From: Selaginella moellendorffii
Lineage: Eukaryota > Plantae > Lycopodiophyta
Assembly: GCF_000143415.4 (NCBI RefSeq)
Contig: NW_003314262.1
Span: 2,400,998 to 2,464,997, forward strand
Length of the DNA stretch: 64,000 nt
Reading direction: 5' to 3'
The notes below the pieces were generated by a model, which saw only the letters and a list, made by a program, of their open reading frames with translations, did no database searches and was not told the origin of the DNA. This document shows positions 1-9,900 of this stretch, piece by piece. Position numbers and translations under genes: made by a program. How positions within the stretch are numbered: the first letter of the stretch is position 1; each line of letters starts with the position of its first letter.

Positions 1-2599
1 AGCGAAGGTATGGAGTAAAATGTGACAAACCAGCAGCAGTTCAGCTTGATGTTGCTCAGTATGAACTCCAATAAACAGAACTCTGGCCCATCTGTCAGCA
101 ATCTCCCGCCAAGAGTCGATATCACCTTCGGTGATAGTATATGACTGCTCTTTACTATCAGGACATTTTAGAAATGCCACGAGTTGAGATTGGAGCCCAT
201 TAAATATATGCTCTGGTCCCTTCTCTCCGGAGTGCTTTAGCCAGTGATCAAAACTGGAACGAAGTGGTCCTATAGAATTATGAATATTTAATTATGATGA
301 GCTATAAAGAATCAAAATTGGTATACCACCTGCCGAGGCGAGAAATTCACGAGGGAATGACCCCAGAAAAATTGATAGCAAGCCAAAATCCAGCTCCGTA
401 ATGGAGAATAGACTGCTTAGCGCTTTGAGAGCATAACTACATACTGCACCAACGTAAGTCCAACACAAACTATAAACACAAAGTGTACCTTGGCAACGGT
501 ATCGTGGATTGAAATGATGCTTGGAGCTTTCGACTATGAATCTTAAAGAATCCAGCAACCGTGTACTCTCGCAGGAGTCATGTAGCAAAGCATTGTCAAA
601 ACCCGTGGCAGCCACAACTTCTACACATGAAGTGAGGGTCATTAATCCGGCTCGACACAAAGGCTCCTTAATCATTGTGTCACAAAAATTGATAACAAAG
701 TTGACTCGAGTGCTGAAAAGAAAATTAGAATTGTAAAATTCATCTAGTTGTAAGAAAATGACATACTTAAAATTCATCGAAGAGGTAAAGAATCTAAAAA
801 ATTGGTTCGCTAGCTTTCCAGTGTTTGATATATAAATACCATTTACACCTGCAATATATAATAGTAAAATCAAGAAAAAATTTAAAGAATTATGTTTACC
901 AAAATCTTTGTGGTGCACCGGATCGTTTAGTGCACACAGTAAAGGCCCAAGAACAAACTCACGAGAAATGCTGATTTTCGTGCCCCATTCTATTTTGAAA
1001 AAGGATTGAAAAACATGCCGTCTCACTACAAAAGCCAAAAGATTATCCCCAAGAAACATGTATGTAAGATTTCACCTTGCGGGTTTCCATGCTTAAATCC
1101 ACGCTCGAAAAGCAGTAAAATCCATGGTGAATCCAAACGTTTAACAAGAGTTTTCTCCTCGATAGAAACACTTTGTACGAGCGCAATTATCTAGAACACT
1201 CAAAATTACCACAGAGAACTGGATCAAAGCATGATAAAATTACCTGCTTTTCCCATGCAGCCTCGACAAGATGAATACCATACTCTTCAAGTGTGTCATA
1301 CAGGAGAAGGAAGGATGTCCATTGTTGACATTCACTCATGAGCAACACTTCTGAGCTCCAGGACTCCACTCCTAAAGATTTCGCTTCTTCATTGGCCCAT
1401 TGTTCACGTTTTGAGCCATTTTTTCGGGATGCTTCCACAGACTCTGCAGTGCTATTGTTGCCCATCAGAACCTCAACGGACTTCAAGAAATGCTTCAGCA
1501 CGTGTAGTGCTCTTTTCCTTGTCAGAGAATCGCCATCTACCTGAAGAATGCCAAAGGGTTGAATCATAATACGAAAGCTCGTTATTACGTACAAGTCCAG
1601 CGCGAAGTTCGTCCCAAATTTGTGGTTCCCTTATTCCCAAGTCTCCGAAGTCATCAATCATGCTAAGAATTCTGTATGCGTCCCGGCGCTGGGACTTGTT
1701 CGAAGAGAGCAAAACCTGACAGCATTGCCAAACATTGTCCAGGCCACTGCAGAAGAATAACCTTGTAAGTGATGAAGGAGAAAACAAAACAGATACCTTT
1801 TCAGCTGACAGAGTTTGCAGGCTCTCAAAAGAGAAGGCAGTAATGTTTGCAAGACCAAGCTTCGGAGTGAGTCGTCCATAGACTCCGACAATAACCGGAG
1901 ACATGGAGACCAAAACTGATCCATCATGCTCGCACAAAAATCGTTGACCATCACGTCGCTCGCAACGAGGAGCAGCTGACTCACGACCTGGCAAGTGGCT
2001 GGCAAAGATAGAACAACCTGGGCACCATTCACCACGGCTTCTTTTCCATCTAGAGCAGCGGACATAGCTCGTGAGCAACTTGGAACCAATGTAGCTAAGG
2101 CATAGTCCCAGTTACACTTTATAGCAATCGCTTCAGCGAAAAGTCGAGATCCCTGAAGAAAAAAAAAACGAGGGAGTGAACAACCAGTGAAAACACTAAA
2201 CAATGAGAACCTTTGTAGAATCTGTGGAAAGCAATGGAAGACACACGGCACGAACCAATTCATCGAGAACGTCTGAAGCATCTTCTGGATAGTAAGAAAC
2301 ACATGAACAAAGAAATATTTCCAGAATACGATCAATCGTACCTGACAACAACAAGAGATGTAGCGCCGCTGCCTTGAAAGCTTCGAAGAGCTCTATAATT
2401 TCCTGCCCAAGAAACAAAGAGATTTAGCCCAAAAATCAACCTGAATTACCTGGAGCTCGAGAATCCTCAGGAGATCGCGAAACACCACCGATGACGACGC
2501 TCCAGTCACCAGCAGCAAGGCATCGATCACTCCAGGCATCGCAGGCGCTGGCATTGTCCTCATGGCGCTCGCGAGCGCCACTGGGACGCTCGTCGACAT
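1..2599 (-). CDS. tRNA (guanosine-2'-O)-methyltransferase Trm3/TARBP1-like (SpoU family), 5' part of a multi-exon gene that runs off the window start
   Basis: ATG at 2599 (MSTSVPVALASAMRTMPAPAMPGVIDALLLVTG). The internal segment KREQWANEEAKSLGV...QWTSFLLLYDTLEEYGIHLVEAAW resembles the N-terminal region of plant TARBP1/Trm3-type SpoU proteins. Many short GT-AG introns. The catalytic domain is not in the window. Confidence 0.8.
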
Positions 2600-2653
2600 A
2601 GCTCCGAGCTCCAAAACCCTTATTTTCTTTATTTTAGGGTTCTTAAGAGAGCC

Positions 2654-5155
2654 ATGCAAGCTTTGCCGCTGGGCGGCAATTCCTGGAGCTTCTACGCGCA
2701 GCTAATCAAGCGCTGCGGAGCATCGGAAGATTGCGCCGCTGGAAGAGCGGCTCACAGAGAGCTCCAGCGCCTCGGCATCGATCAAGACACATATCTAGGT
2801 AATCTCCTCGTCCAGATGTATGGAAAATGCGGGTATGTGGAAGAGGCCATGGCGGTGTTCCAGAGAATAAAGGACAGGAACGTCTTCTCGTGGACGATCC
2901 TCATGGACGCGTGCACAGAGAATGGATTGAGCGAGCTCACGCTGGAGCTGTTTAGAAGAATGCTGCTAGAAGGCATCCGTCCGGATAGAGTGGCGTATCT
3001 GGGCGTTCTGAAGGCTTGTTCCGAGCTGAGATATCTGGAAGAAGGCCGAGAAGTGGAGAACCTTTTGGTAAGCGGTTCTTGTTTTCCTTCTTCTCTCGAT
3101 CCAGCCGTGCTCACTTCTTTGCTCAATCTGTATGCCAGCTGTGGCAGCTTGGAAAATGCGAGAAGGGTGTTCGAGAGTTTCCATGAGAAAGATTTGGTTT
3201 GCTGGAACTCGATGCTAGCAGCTTACGCTAAACACGAGAAAACTGGCCGGCAAACTCTGGAGTTCTTTCAAAAGATGCTACTGGAAGGTGTGGCAGCCAA
3301 TGTAGTGAGCTTTACCTGCGTAGTGGGAGCTTGCTCGAGGCCAGAGCTTTCAGAACAGGGCACTGTGGTCCACGAACAGATAACTTGCAGTGGATTGGTT
3401 GCGGATAGCTTCTTGGCTGCTGCACTCGTCAACATGTACAGCAAATGTGGACGTCTTGGCTCTGCCTGGGAACTTTTCCAAAGAGTTGATGTGAAGATGA
3501 GTTTGGTTTCGTGGAACTCCATTCTAGCAGCGCATGCTCAACGAGCTGATCTCACGAAAGTTCTGGAGATTTTTGGGATGCTTCAACTTGAAGGCTTGAA
3601 ACCGTCTGGAGTAACTCTGATCAGTGTCCTTGGAGCTTGCTGTTCTACGCAAGCGCTTCGAATCGTGGAGCATATTTACGAGCGGGTAGCACAAGTGGGT
3701 GAGCTTTCTCATGATTTATTCCTAGGTACTGCTTTGATGACCTCCTTTTGTGATTGTGGAAAGCTGGCTGATGCTGAGTCTCTTTTTTACAGGTTAAACC
3801 GTTGGAACGCTGCGTCCTGGAACACGATGATAGCAGGCTACGTTCAACATGGTTTTGACCTTCAGGCCCTTCACTTGCTTTATGAAATGGACTTGGAAGG
3901 CATCAAGCCCAACGTCGTAACTTTCCTGGGTATTGTTGATGCGTGCTCTTCTTTGGCTGTTCTTGGGAATGCTAAAGCTGTGCACGAACGTATTTCAGCT
4001 TCCAAGGTCGGCCTAGACACCGTTTTAGGAACCGCCATCGTGAGTATGTACGCAAATTGTGATAGCTTGGAGGACTCAAGGCGAGTATTTGAATCATTGG
4101 ATTTAAGAGACACCGTTTCATGGAATGCTGTGATTGCGTGCCACAGTGATTTGGAGGCAGCTTCCTGGTTCGTCAAAATGGATCTTGAAGGTGTCAAACC
4201 AGACAAGAACACATTCACTGCCATGTTTGCTGCATCCACAACTCTGCAACAAGGTGAGATGTTCTTACAGCGATTTATGAACGTTGGTTATGAGCTCGAT
4301 GATGTTGCAGTGTTGTCTCTGATCGAACTCTATGGCAGATTTGGAAATGTAACTGCTGCTACAGACGTATTCAACGCCCTGAAGAATAAGAATGTGGTGT
4401 CCTGGACTGCAATGGTAACGGCGTGCATGAACAACGAGACTGGAGTTGAAGAGGCCTGGCTTCTCTTTCAAAGGATGCAGTTGGAAGGCATCAAGCCCAA
4501 CAGTGTAACTTTCATCAGCTTGCTTGGATGCAATTGTAGCTTCATACAAGGCAAGAGGCTTCACGAGCTTATTTCAACCTCAGCTGAACTGACGTTAGAT
4601 CCTCTCATTGCGGCAGCGCTGATGAACACGTATGCAAGGACTGGCAACCTGCATCGCACAAGAGATGTGTTCGAAGAACTTCAATGGAGCGAACTTTGCT
4701 GGAACTCCCTGCTCAGGGCTTACGCAGAACAAGGACACGCCTATCAGGTACTGGAGTCTTTTCGGTGCATGATTCACCAAGGCCTCAAGCCAGACAACGA
4801 CACATTTATCTTTGTTCTTCATGCCTGCAGCCATGCCGGGAGCGTCGAGCAAGCTTGCGACTTGTTCAACTCAATCACCAGAGATCACAACTTGCATCCC
4901 GCAATCCAGCACTACGTCTGCGTCATTGACCTTCTGGGCCGAGCGGGCTGGCTAGAAAATGCTCACGAGCTTATCAACAGGATGCCGTACCAGCCAAACT
5001 CTTTGGCATGGAGCACGCTGCTTGGTGCGTGTGGAATGTATGGGGATACGGACAGAGGTACCCATGCCGCCGGACAAGTGACTACGATTGAGCAAGGTCA
5101 GCATGGAGCTTCTTACGTATTGCTTTCCAACATTCTCAGCGGTAGGCAAGTCTAG
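2654..5155 (+). CDS. PLS-class pentatricopeptide repeat protein with C-terminal E motif and no DYW domain
   Basis: Intronless 833-aa ORF with repeated P-L-S triplets (LVQMYGKCG, VSWNSIL, FVLHACSHAG). It ends HYVCVIDLLGRAG...AWSTLLGAC...SYVLLSNI. Confidence 0.95.
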   Translation: MQALPLGGNSWSFYAQLIKRCGASEDCAAGRAAHRELQRLGIDQDTYLGNLLVQMYGKCGYVEEAMAVFQRIKDRNVFSWTILMDACTENGLSELTLELFRRMLLEGIRPDRVAYLGVLKACSELRYLEEGREVENLLVSGSCFPSSLDPAVLTSLLNLYASCGSLENARRVFESFHEKDLVCWNSMLAAYAKHEKTGRQTLEFFQKMLLEGVAANVVSFTCVVGACSRPELSEQGTVVHEQITCSGLVADSFLAAALVNMYSKCGRLGSAWELFQRVDVKMSLVSWNSILAAHAQRADLTKVLEIFGMLQLEGLKPSGVTLISVLGACCSTQALRIVEHIYERVAQVGELSHDLFLGTALMTSFCDCGKLADAESLFYRLNRWNAASWNTMIAGYVQHGFDLQALHLLYEMDLEGIKPNVVTFLGIVDACSSLAVLGNAKAVHERISASKVGLDTVLGTAIVSMYANCDSLEDSRRVFESLDLRDTVSWNAVIACHSDLEAASWFVKMDLEGVKPDKNTFTAMFAASTTLQQGEMFLQRFMNVGYELDDVAVLSLIELYGRFGNVTAATDVFNALKNKNVVSWTAMVTACMNNETGVEEAWLLFQRMQLEGIKPNSVTFISLLGCNCSFIQGKRLHELISTSAELTLDPLIAAALMNTYARTGNLHRTRDVFEELQWSELCWNSLLRAYAEQGHAYQVLESFRCMIHQGLKPDNDTFIFVLHACSHAGSVEQACDLFNSITRDHNLHPAIQHYVCVIDLLGRAGWLENAHELINRMPYQPNSLAWSTLLGACGMYGDTDRGTHAAGQVTTIEQGQHGASYVLLSNILSGRQV

Positions 5156-5258
5156 AGGTCGAGCTTCTTGAATCAAGAAAGCACCGTGATCAGGTACTTG
5201 TTTACCTTTGTTATTCTAATAGTTATTCTAGAAAGCGGGGCGTTCCTCCGCGACAACT

Positions 5259-7164
5259 TTAGTAGAAGACGGTCCAGTTGGTGATGGTGAGGAAGAAGAC
5301 GTCCTGGTCCAGAGGGAACGACTCGTTCGAATAGAGTGTAGTGGTGCGGGACATGAGCATCGGTCGCATCATCTCGTTGTCTTCGTGCTCCAGAAGGTGG
5401 CAGTGGTGAGTGTAGCCGGGATAAGCAGTGGGATCGATCCGGTACTGCGGCAAAAGGTTGGGAGCAAACTTGACAAAGATCCGGGTGACGTAAAACGGCA
5501 GCGACACGGTGGTGTCCTTGAATCCCACTTGGTCCGCGTCCGGCCCCGTTGGGTAGGCCGTGTAGCAGCTCTCCGGACGTCCGAACGGCGAGCCGAAGGT
5601 ACAGGACCCGTTCGCCACACGGTCGGGATCAAACGGCTGCTGCTCCAGGACGAAGAAGTTGACGAGGTGGAGATGCATGAAGTGAGCCACCGGGACGAAG
5701 TTGATGAAGGACCAGACCTCGGTGGAGTAGAGCCGGATGATCTCGCGGACCTGATCGTCGAAGAGGAGGTGGTCGTCCTGGGACAAGGCCAGATCGGTCA
5801 TGCGCTGCTCCAGGCCCCGGCTGTAGATGGCGGCCCACGGCACGAAGGAGAGGTTGACGCCGGTGGTGGCTCCGATGAGATCCACCGGAGCCATGTAGCG
5901 GAAGCGCGATGGATCCAGCGGCGTTGGGATGAGATGAGAGCCGGAGGACCCCCGGTCCGGGGCTCGTGAGACGACGCGGAAGAGCATGACGGACTGGTTG
6001 GCCGGGGGTCCGATTGGAAACGGTGCCTGACCGACGTTCCAGAGCTCGATCTCGTCGCCCGGCTCGAAGCTGCTAAAGTCGAAGAGCCAGTCCACTCGCT
6101 CCGCGGGGCCGACTCGCATTTGCTGCTGCTGGACCGGCTGGTGCAGCATTGCACCATCGGTTCCAATCTTGATGAAGCTCATGCGCTGGCCCCGTGTCTC
6201 CAAGACAAAGGTCCGCGCGTTCGCAGCGTTCACGAGCCGGAAGCGATAGATGGCTGGCTCAACCTCCATGAACGGCCAGACGACACCATTGACGAGGACA
6301 ACGTCTCCGAGGTACTCGACGCACCACTGCGGATGGACGTCCGGGTCCAAGCCCACGGTGGGATACTTGATGGAGCCATCGTCGTAGAAGGCCTTGTCCT
6401 GGACGACTAGGACGCGGTAGTCTCTCGGCACCCACGACGGCTCCGCCATCTCTGATGAAGGCTCGATCACGTAAGCTCCGGCCAGACCAGCGGCGACGTT
6501 GAGCCTGGTGATGCCCAAGGTGTGATCGTGGTACCACAGCATGGTTGGACGCTGGTCGTTCGGGTAGACGTAGTCCTGCGTCACGTAGGTGTCACCGTGC
6601 TCGCCGGCGACGGTGAACCAGGCCTCGGGGTGACCGTCCGACCATCCTTCGGTCTCTTGGCCGTGGTTGTGGACGACGACCGGGACGAAGCCGTGGCGGG
6701 GATTGGCCCAGTGCAGCGTTCTGTCCACTGGAAGCATGTGTTCGTAGTCGCGGATGTGGTTCTCCCAGCGGACAGTCGCGGTGACGCCTTGGCGAGCTAC
6801 GAGCGTTGGACCGGGATAGGATGCCGTGCTCTGGCTCGTTCCAAACGCGTACAAGGGAGTCGCAGGTAAGTCCCTGTGGAGTTTCTGGAAGAAAACTCAT
6901 CACGGTTTGAAGAAGTTACAGGAAGACACAGACTACCTGGTAGATCTTGTAAGCTCCCATAGTGAGGCGGGGATACCGGACCAAGGATATGGTGGGCAGT
7001 CTCGGCAGGCGATCGACGAACTTTTCCAGAGTTGGAGATGGCGTTAAGTTGAGGCAGACTTCCGGAGGTCGTGAATTGGAGGAGAAGACATGCTGCTGCT
7101 GCTGCTGCGTTGCTTGCACAGCATGCGAGAGGAGCAGAACCAGCAGCTGGATTGCGAGGATCAT
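5259..7164 (-). CDS. Secreted multicopper oxidase, LPR1/CotA-bilirubin oxidase-like
   Basis: Signal peptide MILAIQLLVLLLSHAVQA and LEKFVDRLP. Removing intron 6885-6936 restores IYQ|KLHRDLPATPLYAFG. Cu motifs HNHG, WYHDH, HFMHLH and HCHLLEHEDNEMMRP are present. Confidence 0.92.
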
Positions 7165-7760
7165 GACGAGCAAAGAAGACGAGTTTGAGAGAGAAAACGC
7201 AGGAGATAGTCAGTTGGAGCGAAAGAACTTTAAAAGGAGTGAAAATTCTTACGTACACTTCGCTTGGAGCACAGCAAGAGTGTCCTGAAAAGCAGCCATA
7301 TGTTGGAGTCGATTAGGTGCGGTGCTGATTATCGTAGTTTTTGCTTTGACGAAGATCCTGTGATCCACGAAGACCCTCACTCTCAGTCATGGCCAGTTGC
7401 CTTCGAAAACAACACAAGGAACATGTTGACAAGCTCGTAGACCACAAGATCAATGATGTTAGTGCTAGATTTTGGAAACTAAGTTGTGACTGATTATGGA
7501 AGCTTTCAAGATAAGAGAGTAAGGTACTTTCAGGAAAAATAAGTCTTTCTCTTCCCCATGGATGAAGGTTTGAACGTGTGAAAATACTATCTATGTGAAA
7601 TTGGAGGACTCGTGAATTTTGTATGGTTACGTGGAGATGCCAGGAATGTCAGTGTTTGCTATAATGAGCCAATCGTGCAAGCAAACAGGCCTTCAATTCC
7701 TATCCCCGCTTGTTTGTATCTATAAAGCCTCCACACGGAATCATTGGATGCGTCTAAGTG

Positions 7761-8042
7761 ATGAGCTTCACCAAATTTATTTTAATGGTTTGTTTTATGC
7801 CTTTCTATGTTACTAAAGCAGGAAAATGCGGGTATTTCTGCGATGCGTATAACGATTGTAATGGTAAACTTGCATGTGTAGATCGTATATGCGATGACGA
7901 TCCAGATCTAGGCACTCATTTTTGCACGGTTGGGAAGTGTAATGCTAAATGTGTAACTGATATTGATGCTTTGGGAGATTTGGGATATATTCCACAATTT
8001 GGAACTTCTTATTGTCCTGGTAGTGGTAATCAAGGCCAATAA
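7761..8042 (+). CDS. Small secreted Cys-rich protein, kissper-like domain (copy 1; second domain degenerate)
   Basis: TATAAA at 7721 and a signal peptide. CGYFCDAYNDCNGKLACVDRICDDDPDLGTHFC matches the six-Cys DDPxxGTHxC pattern of the kiwellin N-terminal kissper domain. Confidence 0.75.
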   Translation: MSFTKFILMVCFMPFYVTKAGKCGYFCDAYNDCNGKLACVDRICDDDPDLGTHFCTVGKCNAKCVTDIDALGDLGYIPQFGTSYCPGSGNQGQ

Positions 8043-8374
8043 GGATGCCAATGCTTTGGCTGCAAAGGAGAGCAGGCCATGGAACTAAACAAAAGGATCA
8101 CTTGTTTACTAAATATGCCCATTAATAAATACATTTTTAGATTAACTTCACAAGTTACGGCCATGATGTGTGGATTGGGCTGGCTCTTGAAAGATCTTTT
8201 GTGACTCAAAGCCTTAACTCATGCTATCTTGGAATTTGATCTTGTGGAGCGCCTTCTTTTCTTGCTCTAAGCTTAGCTCAAACGAAGTTAAGCCCATTGA
8301 ACTTCCGGAATAACGAAGAATCTGGAGAGGCATATTCACGCGGACACGTGGAGCCATGGGGGTTTCTTGTGGCC

Positions 8375-9158
8375 ATGGCAGCAACGGCAGCATTGGTGCC
8401 CTGTTTGGCGGCACTTCCACGTCTTGCATCGTCGCCCTCGTCTCCACTCCGGCACCGTGATCGAGCGGGCATCTTGGGGGATTCGGCTCGGGTTCTTCAG
8501 CCGCAGCTCATCATTTGGGGCCAGAGAGCTTCCCAAGGAATTGTGGAGAGCAGCGGCAGGTGTTTTTGCGGCACCAGAAGCCCCATTGATGAATCATTCA
8601 CGAAACAGGGAAATGTTGTGCTCTTTGATGAACAAGGTGAGTTTTCTCTAGTTGATATTGTTTTTACCTTTGGTGATTGTAGCCTCCGAGCTCGAGGAGT
8701 TCATCAGGAATGTGCGAGATAAGCTTGTAAGTTCATGTTCTTACTCCTACTACTACTCTCTCTCTCTCTCTCCCTCTCTCTCTCTTATTTATCACAAGCT
8801 TTCGATCATGATTGCTCCTAGGTTGTTCTTGATATCTCAACCAAGACTTGTGGACCTTGCAAGTTCATATTTCCCAAGCTTGTCAAGATGAGTGAGGATT
8901 ATCCTGATGCTGTGTTCTTGAAGATAAATGGGGACTATGACAGTGAAACACGAGTAAGACTTTCTACTTACGTTTTCTAATTGCTAGAACGATGCGTATA
9001 CTAAACAGGCTTTGATGAGGAAATGGAAGATTCGTGCTGTGCCAACATTTAGATTCTTTAAAAATGGTGAAATGGTTCACTCTCATTCTGGAGCCAAGGA
9101 AGATGACTTGAGAGGTCACTTTATAGCACACTACCATTCAGAAACGGTGTCTATTTAA
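8375..9158 (+). CDS. Plastid-targeted thioredoxin-like protein (TCGPC active site)
   Basis: Exons 8375-8636, 8683-8726, 8822-8953 and 9009-9158 join in frame: a transit-peptide-like N-terminus, then ELEEFIRNVRDKLVVLDISTKTCGPCKFIFPKL...AVPTFRFFKNGEMVHSHSGA. Confidence 0.88.
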
Positions 9159-9372
9159 CTATGTACATTGCTTTATTAAAAATTAATTAATCATAGGACG
9201 TATCTAAAGCTAGTTCACAGCCAGCTAGAATTTAGTTTTGGATACTGCCAAACTTTACAGCTGGGATTGTTGTCGAATTTGTAAAAAACAGAATAAAATG
9301 TTATATATAAGGCTGATTTTAGAAGTGTTTGCTCATCCCCTCTTTCTTTCAATAGTTTCTAATAGTAAAATT

Positions 9373-9900
9373 ATGAGTTTTAGTAAATTTATTTGCATGG
9401 TCTTTCTTATGTATTTCTCTGCTATAGAAGCAAAAACATGTGGGCAGTCTTGCAAAAAGAATGAAGATTGTGATGGTAAAATTGCATGTATGCATCATAA
9501 ATGTGCTGATGACCCAGACCTACGAACTCATATTTGTGGTGGAACTCGAAAGGATGGACCACCAAAAGATGATGATGGTGGTGATGGCAAGCTTGGAAAT
9601 TGTAATGATAGTTGTTCCAATAACGATCAATGCTTGGGAAAACTAGCTTGTATGGGTACTACTTGTGGAGATGATCCAGATGTGGGAACTTCTATTTGTG
9701 GTGGTGGTGGTGGTGGCAGTGGTGGTGGTGGCACAGCTGAACCACCAAGTGAAGATTTACCAGGCACTCCAAGTGATTCTTCACCATTCCCTGATGCTCC
9801 AGGATCCCCTATTCCATCACCAAAACCAAATGCCCCTCCATCGGGGAAGAAAAAAAGTCCTCCCCCTCCCAGGAAAAAATCACCTCCTCCAGCTGAGTGA
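9373..9900 (+). CDS. Secreted protein with two tandem kissper-like domains and a Gly/Pro-rich tail (copy 2)
   Basis: TATA at about 9302, signal peptide, two six-Cys units ending CADDPDLRTHIC and CGDDPDVGTSIC, then a poly-Gly linker and an SPPPP-containing tail. Confidence 0.85.
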   Translation: MSFSKFICMVFLMYFSAIEAKTCGQSCKKNEDCDGKIACMHHKCADDPDLRTHICGGTRKDGPPKDDDGGDGKLGNCNDSCSNNDQCLGKLACMGTTCGDDPDVGTSICGGGGGGSGGGGTAEPPSEDLPGTPSDSSPFPDAPGSPIPSPKPNAPPSGKKKSPPPPRKKSPPPAE

